Below, piece by piece: positions 25,467-39,639 of a stretch of 64,000 nt of DNA. The translations under genes and the position numbers were made by a program. This DNA comes from Eledone cirrhosa (taxonomy: Eukaryota). The number at the start of each line of letters is the position of its first letter. Positions within the stretch are counted from its first letter, which is position 1. Below the pieces are notes generated by a model. That model was not told where the DNA came from. It saw only the letters and a program-made list of their open reading frames with translations, and searched no databases. The DNA lies in NCBI GenBank assembly GCA_964016885.1, contig OZ024744.1, positions 22,816,001 through 22,880,000 of the forward strand, read 5' to 3'.

Positions 25467-25922
25467 CGGAGCTTGCCCGGCTAATTCCATCACGACCTCA
25501 GGCGTCCTCGGAACCCTTACTGCCGAACTCCTCCGTAAAAGCAGAACATCATCATCTCGTCTGAGGAAAGAGCCCTGCAAGGTGGGGTGGCTGTTGAAGC
25601 GGGTGTCGCTAACCATTGTCCGCGGAAATACCTTTGCAGTTGTGTCCGCAGGGTGCAGACGAAACACTGCCCCACCACAGATATAAAGCCTATCACCCTC
25701 TCCCTTTCTTCCGTGGCCTAATAGTCCCCCCCCCCCTTTTCCTCTATTTTATGGCATTTATAGACTTTCCTCTACTTTCCAGCCAGACTCCCCCCCCCAC
25801 CTCTGTTCCTTACGTAATTTTGTTTTCATCTTTTTCTTATATTTCCATCATTGTATAACTTCTTTTTATAAAGTATAGTTGACATAATAGATTTATGTAT
25901 AATTAATTAAATAAATAAATAA
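25466..25922 (+). mobile_element. CRE-like non-LTR retrotransposon 3' fragment
   Basis: TSGVLG…WLLKRVSLTIVRGNTFAV resembles the CRE RLE C-terminus, with an (AAAT)n tail. Homologues at ~46544-46740 (+) and ~55915-56113 (-). Confidence 0.6.
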
Positions 25923-26128
25923 ATTGCCCCATATTAAAATTACCCCCTACGAGGCTAAAATTTAGAGAAAAAAAATCATTATTCAAGTTACCCAAAGGAA
26001 AAGCACCTGTAACGTCACAACTCATTTTTACAACTTAGTGAGAAGAAGTAACGGGAAATAAAGTGCCTTGCTGAAGAACACAGCACATTGCCCGATCCCA
26101 GAATTGAACTCACACTTGCGAGGGTATA

Positions 26129-26173
<45 letters not shown>

Positions 26174-26285
26174 GAGGGGGAGGGGTTCTGTGTGTGTAAA
26201 TGTTATATGTGCGTGTATGTGAATATGTATATATATGGGTGTGAGTGTTTGTGAGTGTATGTGTGTGTGTAAATGTATATATGTG

Positions 26286-26331
<46 letters not shown>

Positions 26332-26654
26332 TGTGTGTGGGGGTGGGTGTAAGTATGTATTCAACCAAAACTGAAATCTCACGCACCCCTCAAAATATGC
26401 CTTATCACTCTCTCTCTCTCTTTGTAAGGACTTTGAAGGAAGGACTTGAAAGAAATGTATGGAATAGTTATGATAGAAAGTTGTATTGTTTACTGGAGAC
26501 TCACTCTCCTACATGCGTAAAATCAATGGACATAGAATTAATCCAGCACAGCTCCATTTATGATGGCGACGATCAGTGAACCACATTAAAAAGTACACAT
26601 TTATCACTGTTCCTAATAATTAGTGTAGTTAATAGTCACATGATCACTGTAGAC

Positions 26655-27014
26655 CAAAGATTCTCAAAGTGGGACCTACCGTCTCCCTCCCCGCCCCGGG
26701 GGACGTTGAAAAGGTCCAGGGGTTGCTGGGGCCTAAGGGGGGAGAGGTGGTAAAGATGATATGATAGTATATTAAATATCATATGATACATATATATATA
26801 TATTATATATATATATATATAGTAAAATAAAAAAATATATATTTATACATAGTATATATTATATTATTTATTGTATATAAATTAACGATTTTATTTATTA
26901 TGTATTATTTACAATTTGTGTATAGGGAGGTCTCTCTGGAAATAGGGGTTGGGGAGCTGAGGGTATTGCGTGGCCGTGTGGTGGGCGGTGGCCCCAAAAG
27001 TTTGAGAACCTCTG
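26655..27014. mobile_element. hAT-type MITE
   Basis: TIRs caaagattctcaaa/tttgagaacctctg and TSD ctgtagac/ctgtagaa. Confidence 0.8.
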
Positions 27015-27241
27015 CTGTAGAAGGTTGCTAGGTCACCAAGGTACTCTGTCATCCGGGTACGATACCCGCTATTGTAAATATTCAACCTACTTATTGTTCC
27101 ATTTCTAGTTTAAGGTGTGTCAGCTATCATTGTGTAACTGATGATAACTAGAGTGTGGTGGGGCGTAGGTCATAATCTATTTTGTGCCATATAACTCGCG
27201 GGTTCTTTATTGTGTAAATGTGGGTAAACTATTGTTTAAGT

Positions 27242-27416
27242 CAACGATCGCCAATCTTTCCGACCTCACGGACCACTAAGATCATAATTTTAAATCCCGC
27301 AGACCAATAATATGAATTTTTTTTAACAAAATAACTACATTAAAATTTTTCTGCGGACCACCAACATTTTCTCGCGGACCATTGCTAGTCTGCGGGCCAC
27401 TGATTGGCGACCGCTG
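27242..27416. mobile_element. hAT-type MITE (second family)
   Basis: TIRs caacgatcgccaatc/gattggcgaccgctg and perfect 8-bp TSD gtttaagt. Confidence 0.8.
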
Positions 27417-27820
27417 GTTTAAGTGATAATTAGATGTGAGTTTAATGTGTGAGCTATATATGATTTACCGTGGATAGGGATTGTTGTGAATGATAAGTGG
27501 TGGCTCATCTCTGGCATTTACTAATAGCTTGATCTACTATACGAGGTATTATAAATGTCACATATATTGTCGTGAATGTGCGTGTCTTAGTGGTTGGAGC
27601 ATTGTGCTCACAATTGTGAGGTTGTGAGCTCATTTCCCAATCTGGGTGATACATTGAGCCGACACTTTATTTCGCGTTGCTCAAGTCATTCAGTTCACTT
27701 AGTTGTGACGTCACTGGTGCCAAGCTGTATCATCCTTTGCCATTCCCCTGGACAACACGTTTTATATGTATACAGTGTATATATATATTGTACAGAGTGT
27801 TTATATATATATATTGTAGA

Positions 27821-28390
<570 letters not shown>

Positions 28391-28520
28391 GGAAAGTTAT
28401 ATTTAAATTGTTGTGTTACAACTAGTAAATATTTATAACTGATATAAAAGCACTCGACAAATATTTGGAGTATATTTACAATATTAAATAAATGGAAACT
28501 ATATTTATAAAACCATATTT

Positions 28521-28584
28521 ATTTCATTATATATATTTCAGGGATAACATATTAACAATATGCTATGCCTTCCTCAGACAAAAT
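28521..28584 (-). ncRNA. Type I hammerhead ribozyme (mirror copy)
   Basis: Reverse complement of 28707-28770. Confidence 0.85.
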
Positions 28585-28706
28585 ACAATATAAACAGTTT
28601 TATAGATAAATAGATTCGACATACCGTAACAACATCTACTTGCATTTGCAAGTAGTTGTTGTTACGGTATGTCGAATCTATTTATCTATAAAACTGTTTA
28701 TATTGT

Positions 28707-28770
28707 ATTTTGTCTGAGGAAGGCATAGCATATTGTTAATATGTTATCCCTGAAATATATATAATGAAAT
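28707..28770 (+). ncRNA. Type I hammerhead ribozyme
   Basis: attttgt CTGAGGA agg-c-atagcatatt/aatatgttat-c-cct GAAA tatat ATA atgaaat. Confidence 0.85.
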
Positions 28771-28812
28771 AAATATGGTTTTATAAATATAGTTTCCATT
28801 TATTTAATATTG

Positions 28813-28941
<129 letters not shown>

Positions 28942-28945
28942 TATA

Positions 28946-29057
<112 letters not shown>

Positions 29058-29647
29058 TGTATCTATATTATAGATTCCATAATATCGATGTTGTGACATC
29101 ACTGCTGCCAAGTTGTATCATCACTGGTTGCGGAGAGTAAGCTATTAGATAAGTGAAAGCTTTTTTTAAGGTGTGGAGGTATGGATGGTGGAGTATGTAC
29201 GGGTGAAGACGGTAGGGGGGGTGTGGAAGGTGAGGAAGGAGGGAAGGTGAGGTATCTGGAAACTAATAACAAAGGTCTCATCTATTGTGTGGCTGATCTG
29301 ATAACAGGTCGATCGGATATTACGTATCTTATTACTAATTGGTTTAATTACGGTGAGATAAATGAACTGTTGGTAACGTACTGTATATCTGATAACACCA
29401 TGCCCAAATATAGATATAACTTAACACCAAAGACAAAGAAGATCTGATACTTTGTAATTATGCAATGAAGAACTGCAGATTCAAATTCTTCAATTTATTG
29501 GTTTTCATATATCTTTGATAACTTTGATAGGTTTCGGCTAGTATTAGCCCAGGGCGTGTCTAACGTAATATAACTTCCTTTTCAAAACACATTCTGACTG
29601 GTTCTTGACCTTATATTTATACATGGCTGATGTGCCAAGTATAGATA

Positions 29648-30315
29648 TAATTGTTTCTACTTTTGGCACAAGGCCAGCACTTGTCCAGTGTATTACTGGT
29701 ACTTTATTTTATCGACCTCGTAAGGATGAAAGGCAAAATTAACCTCGGCGGGATTTGAACTCAGACCGTAAAGGGACGTAACTATGCTAGAAAGCATGGC
29801 GTCTAACCCTCTACCGATACTGCCAATCCACCAAATATAGATATAATGCAGTCGTGGTAGGGTGGAGGTTAATACCCCTTCAGGTTTAATATCCCTGTTT
29901 GCCCTAATTTTCACAAGTTAATAAGTAAAGTTTTATTATTTAGTTGAAGGATTATTCATACATTTTGTCAAGGTGGTGGTTTGGCAGTATCGGTAATGCG
30001 TCAGACACCATGCATTGCAGCATAGAGTTACGGCCCTTTGCGTTCTGGGTTCAAATCCCGCCAAAGTTAACTTTGCCTTTCATCCTTTCGGGGTCGATAA
30101 AATAAAGTACCAGTAATGCATAGGGCAAACAGGGATATTAAACCCGAAGGGATATTAACCTCCACCCTACCACGACTGCATTATATCTATATTTGGTGGA
30201 TTGGCAGTATCGGTAGAGGGTTGGACGCCATGCCATGCAGCAAAGAGTTACGGCCCTTTATGGTATGAGTTCAAATCCCGCCGAGGTTAACTTATGCCAA
30301 AAGTAGACACAATTA
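29648..30315. mobile_element. Cluster of three family-A SINEs (29648-29833 -, 29972-30120 +, 30194-30315 +)
   Basis: A/B-box-like motifs and the conserved body in each copy. Confidence 0.85.
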
Positions 30316-31941
30316 TTTATACATTTTGTCAGTATAGGAATGTAATTTTCCACTTTTAAAAGTATGTTCTATGTCTTATACTGTTTTTCTATTTTTTCTA
30401 TTTTTTTCAGGTGACATTTTCATAAAAGAATTTTTCCGATTAACTTTGGCAAAGTCCCGGGTTCGATCCTATTGTGTAGAGTGGAATCTTGAGCAAGTAA
30501 ACATATATTGTCTTATTCTTGAGTCGATCAAAGCCTTTTGAATTTAAAAAAAAAAGATCTGAAGCTCGTCTCATGGATTACTTCCATAATTCATGTTCTC
30601 ATCTTTGTCACACCTATTCTACCACAGAATTATAAGGTTACACGTATTTGTGGGATAATCAGTCACTTAGTCCCAAATTCAATGAACAGGGCATTCAGTT
30701 GTTCGAACAACTGAATATTTATCGTTGAAACTGAAATCGATCTATTTAATTTTTCATCCGATAACAGTGGGACGAGTTATTGCGAACCTGCTAAGAATTT
30801 TGTTAACCAACTGAAACATTTAGCTGTGTATAATTGGTGGTGTTCTTTTAGTTCAAATCCCGCCAAGTTCAACTTCACCTTTCATCCACTTAAGGTCGAT
30901 AAAAAAGTACCAGTCAAGTACTGAGGTCGATTCTTCCTCTATATCTCTTTCTCACTTCCATTCTCTGTCTCTTTATCCTTCTTTGGAAGAAATCTGCTGT
31001 ATTTAGACATCGGTGTCTTGAGGAGGGGAGACTGGTATGTAAAGGCGACTGCTGGTCTTCCACAAAAACCCATTTCCCGGACTTGTATCTCAGAAGGTTA
31101 CTTTCTAAATGCAAATTGGATGGTTATTCGCAACCGAGGGAGATCCTTACCCCCCTTTTTTTTTATATCGTTGAGTATTTCACAGACGCTTGTACCATTA
31201 ATGTAGTTCTGGTGCGTAATATGACTGGACGTGTGAATTATACATACAATTGACCCTTCGGCAGGTTTCCATATAATTTCCGTCCAACTAATTTTAGGGA
31301 CAAAAGCTTTAACTATATAAAAAATGATGTTATTTTTCATTCCACTAGTGTTTTACTGAGTGTGCTTTTCTTTAATTCTCTACAAACCCTTCATAGATTG
31401 ACCGGAGATGTGCAGTGTATTACCAAGTGGCTATCGTGGCTGGCAATGGTCGTTATTGATAACTAGTGGTTCGATGGTTGGTGGTAGTTTCTATACGGTC
31501 GTTACTGGCTGTTTTTGGTGTTTAAATACCAAAGTGTGTTTTAATGTGTTTATATGTACTTAAAACTTATAGGAGAGGTTTTTTAAGGGTTAAACTATGA
31601 AAACAACGGTTGTCTTTATGATCTCTCTATATCACAGATGTTTATTTATCGCGGTTGGTTCTGGAACGTATTCCCCGCGGTAAACGGAGGATTACTGTAT
31701 ATATATTATATATATACTGTATATATATAGAATACAATATGTTGAGAGATAGTGCACCATCAATAAAACAGGGAAAAACCACCAGTGTATGTTTTTCCCT
31801 GTTTTATTGATGGCACACTATCTCTCTCTAGTGTGTTACCTTTTCAACATATTGTATTTTAAAGAGCTCAGGATTCCTTCTCCTTTGGACACATTATTGA
31901 CAGGGAATAGCGAGAGTCTATGTCTCCGTTAATTTATCTTG

Positions 31942-32024
<83 letters not shown>

Positions 32025-32049
32025 GTATAAAAATCAATACAATATAATT

Positions 32050-32121
32050 ACCTCATTACCAGAGGTTTCCCGAATGAGGCGAATACGAAAGAAGCGTCTC
32101 CATTCGTTCGTCAGACGAGGC
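32050..32121 (-). ncRNA. Type I hammerhead ribozyme
   Basis: gcctcgt CTGACGA a-cgaatg…cattcg-g GAAA cctctg GTA atgaggt, about 30 bp from a (TA)n run. Confidence 0.85.
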
Positions 32122-33495
32122 AATATAAAACATGGGTAAATACTTGGAAAGTCTCGTCAAGAAAAAAAAAAAAAAAAAAAAAGATATAGACAAATGAATT
32201 AGAATATGAAATATATAATAATCTTTCAAGAAATATAGTTAGGTGTGTGTATATGTATGTATATACGCTCACAGATGTGCATATATGTGTATGCACATAC
32301 GTATACGTATAGTGAAAAAGTGTGCGTAAATATAAAATTTAGGGCAAATGTATCTGTATGTCTGTAATCTACAGACAGAATAGATACATCATAAGAATAT
32401 GAATATGAAGGCGCGCACATAAACACACCTACACACACGTACACTTAGATGCGGAAGTAAAAGAGGTAAGGGAGTGTAATAATTAAAGGTAAGTATCAAT
32501 CTCGATATATTTATAAAAATGGAACAATAATTTAGAAAGAAAACATTTAGAAAGAAAAAATTAAAGAAAAGAAGACAAAAAAGGGTACATACATACACAG
32601 ACACGCATATCTCACAAAAGAAACGCAAAAATATACATGCTTATATACACACACGCACACTTACACATCCATACGTTCGATACGTACACACACACACACA
32701 CACACATACTTACACTCACGCATATTGACCTGTTTGCATGCACACACATAAAAATGAGTAAGTAAAAAAAAGGGGGGGGGGGAGAAGAAAAAAGGAACAA
32801 AACATAAAACCTAGATGTCAAAACACGGATATAAAGACACATACACGTACGCATACACACATACATACACACACATATATATATATACATAGATATATAT
32901 ATATATACACGCACGCGCGCGCACATACGTAGTCGCTCATGTACATATATAGAAAGTATACACACATTAAGGCGTTCAGCCATATTGATACAGGGTGTAA
33001 AAAACTTGTGGATAAGTAAGTACAAATATAAAATTGTAAGATTGGCTGCGCAAAAATAAAAAAATAAAAATAAAAATGAAAAATATATCTGGATTGGAAA
33101 ACACAAATGACAAGTATAATCAGTTAGTGAAGGAAAAAGGGAAGTAAAAAAGGTGAAGTAAAAAATGGAAAGTGAATCGGAGAATAAAGGGGGGGGGGGG
33201 TTATTGGTGGATGTGAAGTAAAAATAAAAATAAAAATAAAAATAAAAATAAAAATAAAAATAAAAATAAAAATAAAAATAAAAATAAAAATAAAAATAAA
33301 AATAAAAAAATAAAAAATAATAAAAATAAAAATAAATGAAATTAATGACAAGGGTAAAAATGAAAGTAAGTCAGAAAGGGTAATTAAAAAGTTTATGGAG
33401 CTCCAATTCTAATTTTTAATTTCTGCCTGATCAACAACCGCTCTGCATAATCAGCTCCTGATTATTTACTAGATTTCTATAAGAATATAACATCA

Positions 33496-33592
33496 TTGAT
33501 CTCAGTAGACAGGCGGGGTAGTTGGCCTTGATAAGCTTCAACAATAGCGAAACATGTCATGTCGGCTTATCTCCCCTGTTTGCTGAGATCAA
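33496..33592 (+). ncRNA. Type I hammerhead, U3-A8 core variant (copy 1)
   Basis: Long stem I ttgatctcagtagacagg…gcc / ggc…cctgtttgctgagatcaa, TTGATAA, gct/agc, GAAA, catgtcat, GTC (cleavage predicted after 33563). Confidence 0.85.
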
Positions 33593-33811
33593 AGTGAGTG
33601 AATTTGTCACTACTTTAAAATAATAGCTTACGGTCTTCAAAATGCTTTTAATTAAGCATAAAGTGTATTGCAAAATACATTATATATACATCCATATATA
33701 TATTGCTATTTCAGAGCTCCAATTCTAATTTTTAATTTCTGCCTGACCAACAACCGCTCTGCATAATCAACTCCTGATTATTTACTAGATTTCTATAAGA
33801 TTATAACATCA

Positions 33812-33908
33812 TTGATCTCAGTAGACAGGCGGGGTAGTTGGCCTTGATAAGCTTCAACAAAAGCGAAACATGTCATGTCGGCTTATCTCCCCTGTTTGCT
33901 GAGATCAA
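33812..33908 (+). ncRNA. Type I hammerhead, U3-A8 variant (copy 2)
   Basis: As copy 1, with stem II gctt-caacaa-aagc. Confidence 0.85.
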
Positions 33909-34127
33909 AGCGAGTGAATTTGTCACTACTTTAAAACAATAGCTTACGGTCTTCAAAATGCTTTTAATTAAGCATAAAGTGTATTGCAATATACATTATA
34001 TATACATACATATATATATTGCTATTTCAGAGCTCCAATTCTAATTTTTAATTTCTGCCTGACCAACAACCGCTCTGCATAATCAGCTCCTGATTATTTA
34101 CTAGATTTCTATAAGAATATAACATCA

Positions 34128-34224
34128 TTGATCTCAGTAGACAGGCGGGGTAGTTGGCCTTGATAAGCTTCAACAAAAGCGAAACATGTCATGTCGGCTT
34201 ATCTCCCCTGTTTGCTGAGATCAA
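34128..34224 (+). ncRNA. Type I hammerhead, U3-A8 variant (copy 3)
   Basis: As copy 2. Confidence 0.85.
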
Positions 34225-34359
34225 AGTGAGTGAATTTGTCACTACTTTAAAACAATAGCTTACGGTCTTCAAAATGCTTTTAATTTAGCATAAAGTGTAT
34301 TGCAAAATACATTATATATACATCCATATATATATTGCTATTTCAGAGCTCCAATTCTA

Positions 34360-34406
<47 letters not shown>

Positions 34407-35709
34407 GTATGTATGTGTTTGTATGCCCACGCTCCGAGGTATGTATATATCATAAATTGAGTCGTGCTTATGTGTTTCCGTTTGTGTGCGAACCGAACAA
34501 AAGCAGGTAGATAGAGATGGAGAGATAGAGATAGATAAACAGAAAGATATATATATATACATACATATATATAAATATATATATACAGAGAGAGAGAGAG
34601 AGAGAGATTAAGTAGAGAAAGTGTGACAGAAAGTAGAGAGCAGTTTTGCATTTTACCCGTACGTTCAATTTGTTTTGTTTCCGCAATTACATTTCCGGTC
34701 GGTTTCGTTGTTTCCTTTACTTCCTGGAGGTTTCCTACTTTACTGTCATTATCAATTGTATCGTCTGCAACAAGCAAACATTTTTTAATGATTTTTTTCG
34801 TCCTTTCTAATCCTTCTTTTCTTAATTCTATCATTTTGTCTTTGTTTCTCCCTATTTTTGTTTAATTTATTCTTTGTTTAGTTGTTTCTTTATTTAATAT
34901 TTAATTAATTGATCCTTATTACTTTGTTGATCCTGCAATGGTGACCGACTTAGTTAAGATTGATCTTAGAACGCAAGAGGACTGAATTATGGTTTTCCCC
35001 AACGGCATCAGACATCGGTTAACGAAGCTGAGTATCATCCATATAGAACTTACCAGTTTCCGGTGACAGCTATTGGCAATGTCATTCTACTATTCATTAA
35101 AATATAAAAGCAAAAATATTTATAGACATGGAAATATTATATTAACCATGAATACAAGGAGATAGTGGTCCACTGTATTATATAATTATAAAATATTTAA
35201 ATATTTATTAAATGCCTAGGAACATGTATATTAAATGTAACAGAAAACTAATGCAAATGCTGATAAATCATGAACAAAACAAAAATGCAAACCCGCTTTC
35301 TCTCACCAGATAAGTAAACAAATAGAGAGGCTGGAATAAAGTGGATTTGAGTAAAAACACTATTAAGTATATAACAAATAACTGGGACTAATATATCTCC
35401 TACTGAGAAGTTATGACAAAGGCCTTAAAGGGTCGTATTTAACGAGATTTAGCAAAGAAAGAAATATATAAAGGAAACAGATTAGCAGTGATGGGAACCG
35501 AAGCTGATACAAAACCAAAACCTTCACACAAGTTACACAAATGATATAAACAAAGTAGAATGTAATTGTAGAAGATGTGGAGATTGTAACGACACACTTT
35601 ATTATTTGTTGCTGCTCAGTTCTTGCATAAAGTGACTGTGATGGAAAGATTCGGGAAAATATCGATAGATTTGAGGAGAAAGTTTGTACACTGGAAAAAG
35701 TATCTAAAA

Positions 35710-35960
35710 TATCAAACCCAGAGGCTCTTCAGGCCAGTGCTGATCCTGGTTTCTGTGGCATGAAGTGATCGAGAGTACAAAACTCCCTACCTGGACAGGA
35801 CGCCAGTCTATCGCTGGGTTATCGCTGGTACTCATTTTCAGTTGAGTACTCTGGAGCAACGTGAAATGAAGTGTTTTGCTCAAGAACACAGCACACAAGC
35901 TAGTCCAGGAATTTAACCCACGGCATTATGATCTTAAGTCCCTTACCACAAGGGCAAGCG
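35710..35960 (-). mobile_element. SINE (family B)
   Basis: Minus strand gtgttcttgagcaaaacacttcatttcacgttgctccagagtactcaactg. Related copies at ~27580-27760, 51305-51420 and 54635-54960. Confidence 0.7.
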
Positions 35961-37016
35961 CCGCCACTTATATAAGTACAAAGACCTTGAACTAGTGTGT
36001 GGAAATTAAAAACAGAAACAACCCACATTATGATACATAGAGTTACGACCCTTTACCTTCTGAGTTCCAATCCCTCCAAGGTTAACTTTGCCTTTCATCT
36101 TTACAGGGTCGATAAAATAAAGTACCAGTCAGGCACTGGGGTTGATTTAATCTAAAATTGTTGGCTTTGTTCCTATATCAGAGACTATTGTGATATATCC
36201 CTTGGGAATGATAAAAAGAGAGGCAAACAAATATATTAACAAAATTCCAAGAGATAGAAATTCAACAAAATTAAAGATATCACACAGGAATACACACTCA
36301 GAAGACATGATTTAGATATATTTCCACAACAGCCACAGCAGAAGTGTATTGACCTAGATGGAGCATATGTTGGAAAATAAATATCCTTAATTAAATGGGT
36401 TTTTTTTCAACTGTTCCTTTTCCACGAACATTTTGAAGCCCCCTCGTACAACACAACGTATTGATAAATTTAATGTAGGTATGATTACATTTTTAAATTC
36501 CGAGCTCAAACAAAAAACAAAAAAAAAAACAAACACAAATGAATCATGATACTCTCTTCTTACATAGAAAAACATATGAATTGTTTTACGTGTTGTACAG
36601 CTAATTGGTTGTTCCTCAGAAGACCTTATGCTGTGTTGGGTATAAATATTTTCTTATTAAATTAATTACGATGACAACGAATATTTGTTACATAAATTAG
36701 ACTGGCCGTTTAACCTAAACGTCTATTTGTGTTTGATACAGTTTATATTATTAGTGTTTGTATTTTGCTATTATTGTTACTCTCTCAGTTCAAATCCCAC
36801 CGAGGTCAACTTTGCCTTTCATTCTTTCGAGGTCGATAAAAAAAGTACCCCTCTAGTACTCGGGTCGATTCTTCCTCTATATCTCTTTCTCATTTTCTAT
36901 CTTTCTCTGGAAGAAATCTACTGTACTCAGGCCCGGAGAGGAATGGGCTCTGCCAGACTTAAAATGCCCCAGAAAAGCCGTATGTCAAAACACATAATTG
37001 TATTGTGTTGTTTATT

Positions 37017-37044
<28 letters not shown>

Positions 37045-37049
<5 letters not shown>

Positions 37050-37445
37050 GTTGAAAAGGTAACACACCAGAGAGAGATATAGTGCGCTATCAATAAAACA
37101 GGGAAAAACCCACTAGTGTATGGAATCTATAACCTATGAAAAGCAGACTATAGACACAATAATTAAAAATATAAATTAAAGCGTAAATAAATACCTCTAC
37201 AACTATATAACACACGTACAAATCCAAAGAGATCTGTTTCGCCAGTAGTTTGTTGACAGAAATGGAATAACCTCGTTTCATCAGCGTGTGTAAGGCTATA
37301 CATTTCAGACAACACTAAGAGAATTATCGTGTCTATAGTCTGCCTTTCATAGGTTATAGATTCCATACACTGGTGGTTTTTTTTCCCTGTTTTATTGATA
37401 GCGCACTGTATATCTCTCTCTGGTGTGTTACCTTTTCAACATATT
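37045..37445. repeat. Inverted repeat (~120-bp arms) in a (TA)n-flanked insert
   Basis: 37045-37164 pairs with 37322-37445. A shorter relative lies at ~31730-31940. Confidence 0.85.
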
Positions 37446-37539
37446 GTATTTTAAAGAGCTCAGGATTTCTTCTCCTTTGAGCACATTATTTACAGGGAAT
37501 GGCGAGGGCCTATGGCTCCGTTAATTTATCGTGGTATAT

Positions 37540-37622
<83 letters not shown>

Positions 37623-37951
37623 AAGAGAGAGAGAGAGAGAGAGAGTAAGAGAGAGAGAGAGGGTTGACCATGTAGAAGGTATCTCATATATTCCTTCCCA
37701 TTAAGTTAATTAACGAGAGAGAAAAGGGGTGAACATCCACTAATACACTAACAACACCACGTGACACACACATACTGCATTCACTTCCATTTCCTTTTCG
37801 TAAACAAACAAAACTATCGGTCGAGTCAAATTTTAGTTGAATGAGGATTATCTCCTGTCCCTTAAAACAATATAGGTCCAAGTTTTAACATGATTGGTTT
37901 ACTGGGTTTTTAGTGCATTGGTAACAAACAGACCAACTAACAAGCGATTAT

Positions 37952-38837
<886 letters not shown>

Positions 38838-39046
38838 TATTAGAAAGTGAGGATTTTTTACAAAATGAAAAAAACCGACGTGTCCTACACGAGTGAAAGT
38901 ATAAGGAAAAGAGTTGAAATCGAAAATGCAGCGGGAGTCTTTTTTTAAAATACATTTATTTGGTTTCTTTACCGGTTTCACAGTTCCTGTGCTTTTCAAA
39001 AGTAGAATTGAGATGGAGGGTTTGTCGATTTTCTCACATCTCTCTC

Positions 39047-39159
<113 letters not shown>

Positions 39160-39433
39160 ATATATTGTTTTTGTTTATGCCACGAAACTACGTAGTCGAG
39201 GAATTTAGAAGCAGTTTAGGTATGATACATTTTATTACTAATTATATCTAAATGTTTCTTCTCTCTTCATAGTGTATTTTTAACTCTGATACTGGTTCAG
39301 TCTGGTTCAAACTGAATTGGTCTGTCCCAGTCATTCATTGAGCAACATCGGTGAAGTTGGCACCCTTAACTCACAGTTGGGTGCGGATGCATTCATGTAT
39401 ATATATGTGTGTCCGCATGTATCTGTGTGTTTC

Positions 39434-39470
<37 letters not shown>

Positions 39471-39511
39471 GATATAAAACAAATGGAAACTACATTTATA
39501 AAACCATATTT

Positions 39512-39575
39512 ATTTCATTATATATATTTCAGGGATATCATATTAAAAATATGGTATGCCCTCTTCAGATAAAAT
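39512..39575 (-). ncRNA. Type I hammerhead ribozyme (same family as 28707)
   Basis: attttat CTGAAGA ggg…cct GAAA tatat ATA atgaaat. Confidence 0.8.
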
Positions 39576-39639
39576 ACAATATATAAACAGTTTTATAAAT
39601 AAATTTGACATACCTTAGAATTTTTTACAACTTCCATTT

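Larger units (their letters stand above)
33398..34363 (+). mobile_element. Tandem 316-bp retrozyme-like array (3 units plus 18 bp)
   Basis: gagctccaattctaattt at 33398, 33714, 34030 and 34346. Each unit holds one HHR, and the array ends in (TA)n. Confidence 0.9.

Noticed and set aside
30385-30470. Host exon after a polypyrimidine tract and CAG
   Set aside because: An acceptor-like motif alone is common in AT-rich DNA, and there is no supportable ORF or donor. RNA-seq is needed.
34343-35150. Lys-rich minus-strand ORF as a gene or PLE N-terminus
   Set aside because: It has no diagnostic motif and runs into microsatellite.
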